DNA of 20,289 nucleotides, from IMG/VR virus record IMGVR_UViG_3300025381_001071; one strand, 5' to 3'. Under the pieces are notes generated by a model. That model was not told the DNA's origin and ran no database searches. It was given only the letters and a program-made list of their open reading frames with translations. Shown in pieces: positions 7,369 to 16,302 of the stretch (its first letter is position 1; every line of letters begins with the position of its first letter). The position numbers were made by a program, and so were the translations under genes. The DNA is from a virus.

Positions 7369-8567
7369 TAGACCAATGCCAATTTGAATTTCTTGTTGCC
7401 ACTAGGCCAAGCAGGTTCTGCCCATTTAATACTAGGAGCATACTTCTTACACACTTGGTAGATACCGTGTGCAATAATCATCTCTTCTGGAACACGACTG
7501 TTTGAGTACGATGCAGAAGTCTGGTCTTTGTAGGCATCCTTAATATTTTTGTGCAACTGTCCACCTGTGTTTTTCTTGGGCCAACGTTCAGCCAATGCTG
7601 TCATAATAGCATGATCCACTACTAGATCAGTTTCTGATAAGTTTTGATATTTCAAAAACTCCATCAGACCCCAACTGTTAGCAGTATGGAACTTACTGGT
7701 TGAAAACAACTGTGCGTTGATTGTAGTAGCACGAGTAAAATAATCTTTACCATACACAATACGATACTTGATCATATTACCGATACTAGTAAGCGTACCT
7801 GCTCGGCTACCTGATTCGACTTTTTCAATAACTTCGATACCGAGATTGCCAAACAACTGACTAAGTTCAAAACTGATTGCGTCTTCTGGCTCGCTAGGGA
7901 AGCCTGCTTCTTGTGCGGCTGTTTCACGCTGAACGCGAATACGATAGCGATCAAACTCGCTGGCTGTGAGACTGTGAATGTTCAGTGCGGCATACTGTGC
8001 CACATCCCAGAATTCTTCATCACTGGTAATGTAGTTAATTGGCACATCTTCAATACCGAGAATAATACAACCTAAAGTTCTATGCTGGGCATCATTAACA
8101 AACAAGAAACCCTTGCTATTCAGTCGCCCAACACCCGGCAATACCAAACCTGGATTGAAGCGGAAAATAATGTCTTCAAAGATATGACGCAGGAAAACAT
8201 CACGTTGTTTTTCGGCATTCTTAACCAGCTTGTCTAGTGGTTGCAAATTGCTAGAATTATAATTAAGAGCCTGTGTGTTTAGTTTATTAGCGGCATCGAA
8301 CAAGCTGTCATACACAGGCAAGTCAATGCCCAACAAAGGATTATCTGTACCCATCAAAACCAGTTTGTTCAGTGCAAGAACTAGAACATCGACCAGAGTA
8401 GGATGTTTGCCCAAACTACGTGTATTCACATACTCTGGAATTCGTTTAAGACGGGATTTTTGTTCTGCAAGTGATAGAGAGGACCACTTAACACGATCAG
8501 CTGGTGGACCAAGAACTTTAAACAAGTCGGCACCAAATGCTGCTACCAATTTTGGATGATAAGCCAT
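7368..8567 (-). CDS. ParB/Sulfiredoxin-fold (DGQHR-like) domain protein, ~399 aa (probable start MAYHPK at 8567)
   Basis: QR...F-N-P...LFVNDAQHRTLG...G...VP resembles the ParB/Srx/DUF262/DndB D-G-Q-H/Q-R motif. The track start at 8642 lies only 2 nt after the -10 and is unlikely. Confidence 0.6.
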   Translation of the reverse strand: MAYHPKLVAAFGADLFKVLGPPADRVKWSSLSLAEQKSRLKRIPEYVNTRSLGKHPTLVDVLVLALNKLVLMGTDNPLLGIDLPVYDSLFDAANKLNTQALNYNSSNLQPLDKLVKNAEKQRDVFLRHIFEDIIFRFNPGLVLPGVGRLNSKGFLFVNDAQHRTLGCIILGIEDVPINYITSDEEFWDVAQYAALNIHSLTASEFDRYRIRVQRETAAQEAGFPSEPEDAISFELSQLFGNLGIEVIEKVESGSRAGTLTSIGNMIKYRIVYGKDYFTRATTINAQLFSTSKFHTANSWGLMEFLKYQNLSETDLVVDHAIMTALAERWPKKNTGGQLHKNIKDAYKDQTSASYSNSRVPEEMIIAHGIYQVCKKYAPSIKWAEPAWPSGNKKFKLALV

Positions 8568-8644
8568 TTCAATTTTCTTTCTGCCCGATTCACGGTGCAA
8601 TAGGTTTATAAAAATGTTGTATGAATAACACACACAACACATAT

Positions 8645-8673
8645 ATTATAACACTAGAACATTGAAATGTCAA
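8645..8673 (-). promoter_or_regulatory. consensus sigma70 promoter TTGACA-N17-TATAAT for the ParB-like/HNH pair
   Basis: Perfect consensus read directly. Confidence 0.85.
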
Positions 8674-8689
8674 TGAATTTTGGTTAAAA

Positions 8690-8929
8690 TTAATACATTT
8701 TTTTGGGTAGCTCGTTTTCTTTTAACTTCTTAAGCCATCGGGCACGGGCCGCACCTTTTTTACGTTTACGCTCAGTGGTTGGTTTGGTGTAGAACATGTT
8801 TTCTTTCAAGATTTCCAACTTGCCAGAATCATCTACTTTCTGTTTGAACTTACGCAGGGCAACTTGTAGGGGTAGTTCTCCTACGATTATTTTAGAACCT
8901 GTAATTTTGTCTTTGTTGTTTCTACTCAT
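8690..8929 (-). CDS. rpsU: 30S ribosomal protein bS21
   Basis: VALRKFKQKV..G.L..LK....YTKPTTERKRKK.AA..R signature. C-terminal LPKKMY resembles betaproteobacterial S21. Confidence 0.93.
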   Translation of the reverse strand: MSRNNKDKITGSKIIVGELPLQVALRKFKQKVDDSGKLEILKENMFYTKPTTERKRKKGAARARWLKKLKENELPKKMY

Positions 8930-9033
8930 TTAAATCTTTTATACCATTATGGCAAATATATTTTACTTATCACTTTTATCAATATATTACAAGATAATAT
9001 AATAAGTAAGTATAACACATGTAAGGATACCCA

Positions 9034-9636
9034 ATGAGTACAGGCAGTGGAAAACCCATGGAAGTCATTTTAAATGCCTTGCCAGAAACCCAAGCCCTTT
9101 TAGCAAGACAAGAGTTTTTAAACGCAGACTACGATAAAATTCAACAAGAACGCCGTGGATATTACGCCAGAGATTTCAAAGATGATACAAGAGCGTGTAT
9201 TCCCGGACCAGATGAGTTATATTTTTCTGAGTTCTATAGATCAAACTATCTTGAAGGCAACTCGGTCATTAGAGATAGTTTTTATTCCTACATCAAACCT
9301 ATCATAGAAACGGCCACAAACAAACAAATCATCAATGTAGAACTAAAGTGCTACATTATGAAAGAAGGTGGACAGTTTCGAGTACACAAAGATGCTTATA
9401 GAGCCGATATTGGATTTATTTGGTATTTGAGTCGAGAATGGAAGTGGGATTGGGGTGGATTACTGCTGTCTATCAACGATGACGCCACTGCTAGTGTGAC
9501 CATGCCCGTATTCAATCAGTTGGTTATCATGGATCACTTGGGAGGACAAGTTCCACATTGTGTCACTCCCGTCACACAGTTTGCTCAAGAACCCCGCATT
9601 ATGCTTGTGGGATTCCTACAGTCTACTGGCTTTTAA
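9034..9636 (+). CDS. 2OG-Fe(II) oxygenase (prolyl-hydroxylase-like)
   Basis: HxD (HKD), YL..EW..DWGGLL, P.FNQLVI, distal H (PHCVTPV) and 2OG-binding R. Confidence 0.85.
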   Translation: MSTGSGKPMEVILNALPETQALLARQEFLNADYDKIQQERRGYYARDFKDDTRACIPGPDELYFSEFYRSNYLEGNSVIRDSFYSYIKPIIETATNKQIINVELKCYIMKEGGQFRVHKDAYRADIGFIWYLSREWKWDWGGLLLSINDDATASVTMPVFNQLVIMDHLGGQVPHCVTPVTQFAQEPRIMLVGFLQSTGF

Positions 9637-10861
9637 CCTGCTCGTTGTCAAATATCATTATGGCTGGACTAGTTCCAGCAATAGTGTCTTTGTTAATAAC
9701 GATTTTAGATAATCCCCTATTGGCCAGATTAATAGCATCAAACTGGTAAGGCAACAGGGTCTTTTCAATAATGTTTTTCAATCCACGAGCATTGGTTTTA
9801 AGTTCTTTGGCTCGTTCAGCAATCTGTGTTAGGGCAGATTCCTCAAACTGTAGTTCAATACCATCCAGTTCAAACATGTATTGATATTGTTTAATCAAAC
9901 TGTTCTTGGGTTCTTTTAGTACACGGACCAAATCTTCAACGCTTAACTCGCTTACATTGGACATTAGGCCAAAACGACCGATAAACTCAGGAATAAATCC
10001 GTATTGAATAATGTCTTTGGTTGTGGTTAAACTGTAATAATCTGTGGCATCGTCTTTAGATTTAATATCACTGTGAAATCCTACACTACGACTATGAAGA
10101 CGTTTTTCAATAAGTTTATCCAAACCTACAAAGGCTCCGCCACAGATAAACAGAATACCTCGAGTATCGAGTTCTTGCATGTCACTGCCAGGATGTTTAC
10201 GTTTTCCATTATATGGAACTCGCATAACACTACCTTCGATCATTTTAAGTAATGCTTGTTGTACGCCTTCCCCGCTGACATCTCGAGTAATGCTTGTACT
10301 TTCGCCTTTACGGGCAATCTTGTCAATTTCGTCAATATAAACAATGCCACGTTGGGCTTTTTCAACATCTCCATCGCTGGCATTAAGCAACCGCAGTAGG
10401 ATACTTTCTACATCATCACCCACATATCCTGCTTCAGTAATGCTAGTAGCATCGCAGATAGCAAATGGTAAATCCAAATACTCGGCAATCTTACGCACCA
10501 ACATGGTTTTACCACAGCCTGTGGGACCTAGTAATAACATATTGGTCTTTTCTAACTGTACGTCTTTGCTAGGATTATTGATACGTTTAAAGTGCTGGCT
10601 AACTGCTACACTTAGACTAATCTTAGCATCATCTTGCCCAATAACATATTCGTCAAGGAAATCTTTAATAGCGGCAGGGTTTAAACGTTTGGTACTGTCT
10701 GCTACCTTCTTAAATTTTTCATCTTCTAGAATATCAACGCATAATGTAATACAGTCATTACATATAGCGGCATGTTCGCCCACAATGAGTTTTTCAACAT
10801 CTTCTTTGCTTTTTCCACAAAAGTCACAGCAATGATTAGTTGTTTGTAGTTTGTTTGTCAC
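9623..10861 (-). CDS. clpX: ATP-dependent Clp protease ATP-binding subunit ClpX
   Basis: C4 zinc finger (CDFC...CNDC), Walker A GPTGCGKT, pore-1 GYVG, Walker B YIDEIDK, pore-2 [12 protein letters not shown] loop, VGF (IGF-type) ClpP-docking loop. GTG start. Confidence 0.97.
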   Translation of the reverse strand: MTNKLQTTNHCCDFCGKSKEDVEKLIVGEHAAICNDCITLCVDILEDEKFKKVADSTKRLNPAAIKDFLDEYVIGQDDAKISLSVAVSQHFKRINNPSKDVQLEKTNMLLLGPTGCGKTMLVRKIAEYLDLPFAICDATSITEAGYVGDDVESILLRLLNASDGDVEKAQRGIVYIDEIDKIARKGESTSITRDVSGEGVQQALLKMIEGSVMRVPYNGKRKHPGSDMQELDTRGILFICGGAFVGLDKLIEKRLHSRSVGFHSDIKSKDDATDYYSLTTTKDIIQYGFIPEFIGRFGLMSNVSELSVEDLVRVLKEPKNSLIKQYQYMFELDGIELQFEESALTQIAERAKELKTNARGLKNIIEKTLLPYQFDAINLANRGLSKIVINKDTIAGTSPAIMIFDNEQVKSQ

Positions 10862-11243
10862 TGAAAATACTTTCTAAAAATTGTTCTACAGTATCAACAC
10901 GTCTTGTATTGATGTGAGCATATACTTCGGCCAATGCGCTATTATCTGTTCGATAATAAAATCCAGGTTTGCCTAGTACATGTCCGCTTAACGATTGTGT
11001 AATATAATTTACATAATCAATGTTAATATACTTATATTCGCATCGGTTGGCCGCATACAAAAACCAAGTTGAGTTATTTTCATTATCATAAAAATATAGG
11101 TTAATATTTTCATTTAGGTCGTGTTTACCCAACCAATCACTTACTGCTGTTTGTTCTTCATCAGTTAAATGTGCTAGTAGGATACTAAGATTTCCAGTTT
11201 CATAAAAATCTGGAGGGGTGATTAATGTTATTTTTGTTGACAT
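10836..11243 (-). CDS. hypothetical phage protein (135 aa)
   Basis: Intact ORF coupled to both neighbours. Confidence 0.75.
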   Translation of the reverse strand: MSTKITLITPPDFYETGNLSILLAHLTDEEQTAVSDWLGKHDLNENINLYFYDNENNSTWFLYAANRCEYKYINIDYVNYITQSLSGHVLGKPGFYYRTDNSALAEVYAHINTRRVDTVEQFLESIFSDKQTTNN

Positions 11244-12001
11244 TACTGTCCTTTTTGTAATATAGGGTGCCAGGGCAAGTATTTTTTATAATATTCTATT
11301 TGCAAATCAACATAATGATAATAACGTTTTTTCATATTATCATCAAATGTTTTTTGTGTAATATTTTCAAGAGAAGAAATAACCGTTTCCGGGTCACTTA
11401 TAATATCTGCAAAGTTTATAAAAAAATATCTTTCCCTTATATTGGTAGGTAGTCTTTTATACCAGTTTTGACAAGCATCCGGATCTGTTAGTTTAAAATA
11501 TTCAGGAATACCTTTTTCTAAATATTGATCAATATATTCTGAAGCTTGGTCAGGGGAGATTAAAACACCGTGATCTATAACTTCTATACCAAGCTGATCA
11601 AGATAAAATGCAGGATCCTGCTTCCAAAAATGATTTAGTTCAACAGTCTTATAGTCTGCGGGATCTACTGTAATGACCACTACTTTAAAATTAGGAAAAT
11701 CTGAAATAATATCCTGATACATCGGTATACCTTCACCGGGAAATCCCAAAGATTTATAAGTGTCAGTATTTGAAAAATTAATTTCTTTCCAAGGCGGCCA
11801 TTTTACTGTTCTGCTTGTATGTACATTATCTAAAATATTATCAAACTCATTGTGGTAAGTGGCAAAATTACTGAAAGAAGTATTATGAGATTCGTAGTCT
11901 ATATCAGGAGATAAATCATTTATTAGGTATGTAATCAGCGTGGCAATAAAATGTTTGCTTGCTCCATTTACAGAAGAAACATAGATAAAATTATCAAGCA
12001 T
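11243..12001 (-). CDS. hypothetical protein, possible degenerate P-loop/sulfotransferase-like fold; paralog of 11994..12794
   Basis: DNFI..S..GAS..FI, NHxWK, INFxDI..PE.VI..LE.I and PWHPIL are shared with the neighbour. Confidence 0.6.
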   Translation of the reverse strand: MLDNFIYVSSVNGASKHFIATLITYLINDLSPDIDYESHNTSFSNFATYHNEFDNILDNVHTSRTVKWPPWKEINFSNTDTYKSLGFPGEGIPMYQDIISDFPNFKVVVITVDPADYKTVELNHFWKQDPAFYLDQLGIEVIDHGVLISPDQASEYIDQYLEKGIPEYFKLTDPDACQNWYKRLPTNIRERYFFINFADIISDPETVISSLENITQKTFDDNMKKRYYHYVDLQIEYYKKYLPWHPILQKGQ

Positions 12002-12794
12002 ATTGTTTTAATATAGGATGCCAGGGTATATGTTCTTTATAATGATCCAGCTGAATATTTACATATTGGGCATACGTATCTAAAAGATTTTGGGTAAAAA
12101 CATTTCCACTAATTTCTTCTAAAGTTTCAATGACTAGTTCCGGGTTACCCACAATGTCAGAAAAATTTATTAAAAATACTTTTTCTTTAGCGTTAGGTCG
12201 CAATGTACTATACCACGATCTTACTCTAGAGTCTAAGGTATTAAAGTAATGACCTGGATAATGTCCCTTATCTAGACCAATACTGTCTTTAACAATCTGT
12301 GTTACTTTATCAATACTATATTCTTTCCTCCAGTCAAAGAAACCATTTCGGCTATTAAGATCATCAACTTCTTCTTGATTTAGGTACAGTCTTATGTCTA
12401 ATTTCCATGCATGATTCAAATCAACAAATAATATATCTTCGGGTTTTACTGTAATGTATAACACCTTTCCGTTGGGAAATTCATTTAAAAACTTTGTCAA
12501 AGGCATGTTGATGGCGCCGCCGGCAAATGCCATTATTCGACATGGACTATTGTTTTTAAATGTTATTTTGTTCCAATACTCTACATCACCGGGAACCCCA
12601 AACCAACCTAAATTGGTATGCTCCTCCATAAAACTACAAGCTTCGGTATGATAGTCGGCAGTTGTTTTTCTAGGATCGAAAGGAAAATCTATATTATTTG
12701 CAGAATAGGTTAATATGGTCGATATAAACTTTCCACTGGCACCGCTGTTAGATATAACGGGAATAAAATTATCAGGTTTTCTGTACTCAGACAT
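11994..12794 (-). CDS. hypothetical protein, possible degenerate P-loop/sulfotransferase-like fold
   Basis: N-terminal SNSGASGKFIS loop. C-terminal INFSDIVGNPELVIETL resembles the sulfotransferase YEDL..P....I pattern. Confidence 0.6.
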   Translation of the reverse strand: MSEYRKPDNFIPVISNSGASGKFISTILTYSANNIDFPFDPRKTTADYHTEACSFMEEHTNLGWFGVPGDVEYWNKITFKNNSPCRIMAFAGGAINMPLTKFLNEFPNGKVLYITVKPEDILFVDLNHAWKLDIRLYLNQEEVDDLNSRNGFFDWRKEYSIDKVTQIVKDSIGLDKGHYPGHYFNTLDSRVRSWYSTLRPNAKEKVFLINFSDIVGNPELVIETLEEISGNVFTQNLLDTYAQYVNIQLDHYKEHIPWHPILKQYA

Positions 12795-12881
12795 GCAGAT
12801 GGTGACTCATATATTATATGAGTATTTATCCTGGTATCGGCCAAGAAGAGGGATCAATCTCGTTCGCCACGCATCTATTTA

Positions 12882-13271
12882 TTACCTACGCATGTTTGCC
12901 GCATCAATTGCTTCCTGTTGATTGAACACTGGCTGAAGGCAACTCTTATGAACAATAGTCACACCCAATACTTTAGTACCGGTGTATACTTTGTGAACGG
13001 GGGCAGTTGAGCCGCCCGGGGTTACTCTGCTAGGTAGATCGTTACTAGTGGTACGACCAACAGGAGTAGACAAGTTATATGCCAAAGGTTCGGCGTCCAT
13101 AGCACGGCGACGTTTCTTGTCCTCGGCTTCTACATTCCACTTTTTCTCTAGTTCTTTCCAACTTGCTTCAAGTTCACGAGCCTTACGTGCTTCTTCAGCA
13201 TTACGGAATTTGACTTTACCCTTTTTCTTACCATTAAGACTAAGAGAAGGATGATGTAGATGCATTGTCAT
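12882..13271 (-). CDS. conserved hypothetical protein of T4-like phages (basic; YTGxxxxG...HKS...PVF...MRR C-terminus)
   Basis: AGGA SD and its own promoter. C-terminal motif recalled from large myovirus hypothetical proteins. Confidence 0.75.
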   Translation of the reverse strand: MTMHLHHPSLSLNGKKKGKVKFRNAEEARKARELEASWKELEKKWNVEAEDKKRRRAMDAEPLAYNLSTPVGRTTSNDLPSRVTPGGSTAPVHKVYTGTKVLGVTIVHKSCLQPVFNQQEAIDAANMRR

Positions 13272-13301
13272 TGTATGTCCTAGTGTTTACAAACAGTTAC
13301 T

Positions 13302-13330
13302 ATTATACTATCGTTTAGAATTTTAGTCAA
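13302..13330 (-). promoter_or_regulatory. sigma70 promoter TTGACT-N17-TATAAT
   Basis: Read directly, immediately after the porin terminator. Confidence 0.8.
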
Positions 13331-13331
13331 T

Positions 13332-13355
13332 AAAAAAGGCTACCTAAGTAGCCTT
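13332..13355 (-). terminator. rho-independent terminator of the porin gene
   Basis: AAGGCTAC-TTAG-GTAGCCTT stem-loop followed by a U-tract. Confidence 0.85.
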
Positions 13356-13376
13356 GTTTTGAATCAGTATTACTGA

Positions 13377-14330
13377 TTAGAAGTTGTGTTGAATACCAAC
13401 TGCAACTTCACGAACATCACCAGTAGCGACCTTGAAGTCTTCCTTGATGTAACGTGCTTGCAATGTAGTACGTTTGCTCAAGCTGTAGTTAGCACCTAGT
13501 GCAAAAGCCTTCAAGTCGTTGTTAGCAACGCTCTTGTCGTCTTTCTTACCATAAGTAGCCAAAACGCTCAATGCTTTAACACCTGGAACAACTTGTGTTA
13601 CACCAACAGTTTCGCCGACTGATTTGACATTAGCAACTGTATCTTTACTATACAAAGCAAGAACAGTAGTACCAGTAGGAGCAAATGTGTACTTGCCTGC
13701 AACTTGTGTAGTTGCATTACCAGCATAGTTGTCCAAACGGTTTACAGACAAATTAGCACCGAACTTAGCAACTTCAACGCCATATGCTTGAGTTGCTTTT
13801 GCAGTAGTATTGCTTTCTGCTTGTTCAAAACGTGCAGTAACACCAGCAATTGGAGTAGCAGTCAAGAAAACTGCATTGCTCAATCGTTGGCCTTGTGTAC
13901 TGTGAACAACATTGGTTGCTGACAAGTCAAAGTTACCGAATGTATCGTAGTTATCTAGTGTGCGACCGATAACTTGTTTACCGTGACCTAAATCAACAGA
14001 AAAATAGTCATTGCGTAGACCAACACGACTTTCACGATCACCTAATGCTGTTGGAGTAGCAGTAGTTGTTGAGTGACTTGCAGTGCCTGGATTTTCTGCG
14101 TTAAGATTGGTTTCAACGATAAAAGTTGCTTTCAAACCAGCGCCCAAATCTTCAGATCCTCGGACACCGAAACGGCTGCTATCGTTGTAACCTTGTGTAA
14201 CCGCAGTTGCAGTACCAAGTTTGTAACTATTTACATATTCATTCAACTTGCCATAGACTTCAACATTGTCGCCGGCAGTTGCCAAACCTGCTAGACTGAA
14301 CAAAGCAGCCACTAATAGAGATTTCTTCAT
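13377..14330 (-). CDS. Gram-negative (betaproteobacterial-type) outer-membrane porin
   Basis: Signal peptide MKKSLLVAALFSLAGLATA, VEVYG, SRFGVRGSEDLGAGLKATF, YSLSKRT and terminal GIQHNF. AAGGA SD. Confidence 0.92.
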   Translation of the reverse strand: MKKSLLVAALFSLAGLATAGDNVEVYGKLNEYVNSYKLGTATAVTQGYNDSSRFGVRGSEDLGAGLKATFIVETNLNAENPGTASHSTTTATPTALGDRESRVGLRNDYFSVDLGHGKQVIGRTLDNYDTFGNFDLSATNVVHSTQGQRLSNAVFLTATPIAGVTARFEQAESNTTAKATQAYGVEVAKFGANLSVNRLDNYAGNATTQVAGKYTFAPTGTTVLALYSKDTVANVKSVGETVGVTQVVPGVKALSVLATYGKKDDKSVANNDLKAFALGANYSLSKRTTLQARYIKEDFKVATGDVREVAVGIQHNF

Positions 14331-14387
14331 TTTTTAAATTCCTTAATTAAGTTAAAAATAAACAAGTCATTAAATGACTATGTGTAT

Positions 14388-14417
14388 ATTATATAGCATT
14401 TCTACTAATATAGTCTA
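14388..14417 (-). promoter_or_regulatory. probable porin promoter TAGACT-N18-TATAAT
   Basis: Consensus -10 with a weaker -35. Confidence 0.5.
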
Positions 14418-14478
14418 TAGAAATTGGGCAAAATTTGTTCATTTTAACCCAAATGTAACAGTAGATTAAATACTATAT

Positions 14479-15159
14479 ATGAATTTAACTCGAATAAGAC
14501 AAACTACTACCGATTTACACATTATAACATATTTACCAGCAACTGGCGGAAATTTTATGACAAGATTATTTTCATTGTCAGATAATGTCAAGATGCCATG
14601 GAAACAAGGTAGTTGCGGTTGTTTACCTGTTAATTCTACTTTTGAAGAAAAATGGAAATGGTTAATATTCAAAGAATCCCAAGTTAAGAATTGGGGGCAA
14701 GAAGCACATCTATTGCCATTCGGGGGTAATATATTAAATGATTACGATATCCCCGGGGGAAAAGAAAATAAAAACCTTGTAATATGTAAACATTTTGCTG
14801 GTTGGAAACTAACGTGTAATTCTTCATTTAGGTTTACTGATACTAATATAAATGAACATCACTATTATATTAAGGTGTCAGAAGAAAACTGGCATTTTAT
14901 GAATAGATATATGCATTTGGAAATTAGTCCGCAAGAGAAAGAAGACTATGATTGGGTATTGAGTAATATAGATATTAAACCGATAGATTTAGATTTAATG
15001 TTAACAGGCGATAATGGGTTTTTATCAGAATATAAAAGAGTATGTGCAATCATGAATCTAGGGCCAATACCAGATGATAAGGCCCTAGAGTTTTTTAATA
15101 ACTGGAGATATCTAAGAGTTGATAATCCAGAAATCGATCGTAATATGAATAGTGGTTAA
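14479..15159 (+). CDS. AT-rich hypothetical protein with N-terminal P-loop/sulfotransferase-like YLPATGGNF motif
   Basis: 226-aa ORF on the opposite strand between porin and ahpD. TAAATA lies 6 nt before the ATG. Confidence 0.65.
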   Translation: MNLTRIRQTTTDLHIITYLPATGGNFMTRLFSLSDNVKMPWKQGSCGCLPVNSTFEEKWKWLIFKESQVKNWGQEAHLLPFGGNILNDYDIPGGKENKNLVICKHFAGWKLTCNSSFRFTDTNINEHHYYIKVSEENWHFMNRYMHLEISPQEKEDYDWVLSNIDIKPIDLDLMLTGDNGFLSEYKRVCAIMNLGPIPDDKALEFFNNWRYLRVDNPEIDRNMNSG

Positions 15160-15662
15160 CTATTCAATACTTTAGCCACGCTGTTAATCACTGCGGCAAT
15201 ACGACCAATGTCACGAAGGTTTTCTACAGAGTAGCCTTCCTTCTTCAATGTTTCGTAGTGTGCTTTAACGCAGAACTCACATTTTCCAACAATACTAGCG
15301 GCCAAACTAAATGCTTCAAAATTGCTCTTAGTTGTGCCGCCGTGTGTAGCGATGGCGTTCATACGCAGTTGGGCAGGCAAACCCGTTAAGTTTGCGTCAT
15401 CGGCCATTTCAACATATGGGTACCAACTGTTTGTCATTGCCATAATGCTTGCGGCAGTCATTGCTGACTCAGCAAATACAGGAGCATCTGCTAACAATAC
15501 AGCTAATAACTTACCGTTGCCGGTAGCAGCCAAAGCGGCTACAGCACAGCCCATAGCCACATCCTTGTCCAATGTGCTACGAAGCAATACAGCATCAATG
15601 TTCAAACGAGCATCTTTAGCATAGTCAGGCAATGCGCCTTTTACTGAATCAATGAATGCCAT
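15156..15662 (-). CDS. ahpD: alkyl hydroperoxide reductase AhpD (carboxymuconolactone decarboxylase family)
   Basis: LPDYAKD.RLN, AASIMAM.N.WY, LRMN, FE..SLAAS.VGKCEFCV.AH (CxxC...H). Confidence 0.95.
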   Translation of the reverse strand: MAFIDSVKGALPDYAKDARLNIDAVLLRSTLDKDVAMGCAVAALAATGNGKLLAVLLADAPVFAESAMTAASIMAMTNSWYPYVEMADDANLTGLPAQLRMNAIATHGGTTKSNFEAFSLAASIVGKCEFCVKAHYETLKKEGYSVENLRDIGRIAAVINSVAKVLNS

Positions 15663-15663
15663 A

Positions 15664-16209
15664 TTATGCTCCTAGAGTTGCGCCACCAACGGTACGGTTA
15701 CAAGCACAAAGTTCACCAGTTTGAAGTGCGTCAAGAATACGCAAAGTTTCTTCTGGGCTACGACCTACATCCAAGTTGTTGACGGTAACGTGTTGGATTG
15801 TGTTGTCTGGATCAACAATGAATGTTGCGCGAAGTGCCGCACCTGCTGGACCAAAGAATACACCAAGTTGTTCAGCCAAACTCAACTCACCACGCTGTGT
15901 ATCAGCGAATTGATTGTGTTTGATATTGATCAAGTCTGGGTGGCTCTTTTGCCAAGCAATCTTACAGAACTCATTATCTGTTGAACCTGTCAACAATACA
16001 GCATCGCGGTCTTCGAAGTCTTGATTCAACTTGTCATAGGCCACAATTTCAGTTGGGCATACAAATGTAAAATCCTTGGGATAGAAAGCAATGATCTTCC
16101 ACTTACCTGGGAAACTTGTTTCATCAATGTTGAAGAAAGCATCTTCTGGTTGTCCTGGCTTAACGCCTGTAACTACGAAATGTTCTAGTTTATCGCCGAT
16201 TGTTTTCAT
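15664..16209 (-). CDS. ahpC: peroxiredoxin AhpC (AhpD-coupled type)
   Basis: FYPKDFTFVCPTE peroxidatic motif, RATFIVDP, GR..EE.LR, GELCAC resolving region. AGGAGG SD. Confidence 0.96.
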   Translation of the reverse strand: MKTIGDKLEHFVVTGVKPGQPEDAFFNIDETSFPGKWKIIAFYPKDFTFVCPTEIVAYDKLNQDFEDRDAVLLTGSTDNEFCKIAWQKSHPDLINIKHNQFADTQRGELSLAEQLGVFFGPAGAALRATFIVDPDNTIQHVTVNNLDVGRSPEETLRILDALQTGELCACNRTVGGATLGA

Positions 16210-16265
16210 ATTTCCTCCTGTGTGTATAATGAAAAACTTTAACTCAGTGTAAACACTGATATATT

Positions 16266-16294
16266 ATTGTAATAGTATTTACTACCTAGATCAA
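16266..16294 (-). promoter_or_regulatory. ahpCD promoter TTGATC-N17-TACAAT
   Basis: Read directly. Confidence 0.65.
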
Positions 16295-16302
16295 GCATTT
16301 TC

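Noticed and set aside
8568-8642. Cys-rich N-terminal extension MCCVCYSY...
   Set aside because: The ATG is 2 nt from the -10 box, upstream of the expected +1, so this is likely 5' UTR
8690-16209. Interpretation as a bacterial chromosome segment
   Set aside because: The host-like genes lack their usual neighbours (clpP/tig/lon, dnaG/rpoD, full hemA-prfA) and are interspersed with phage-type mini-gene arrays
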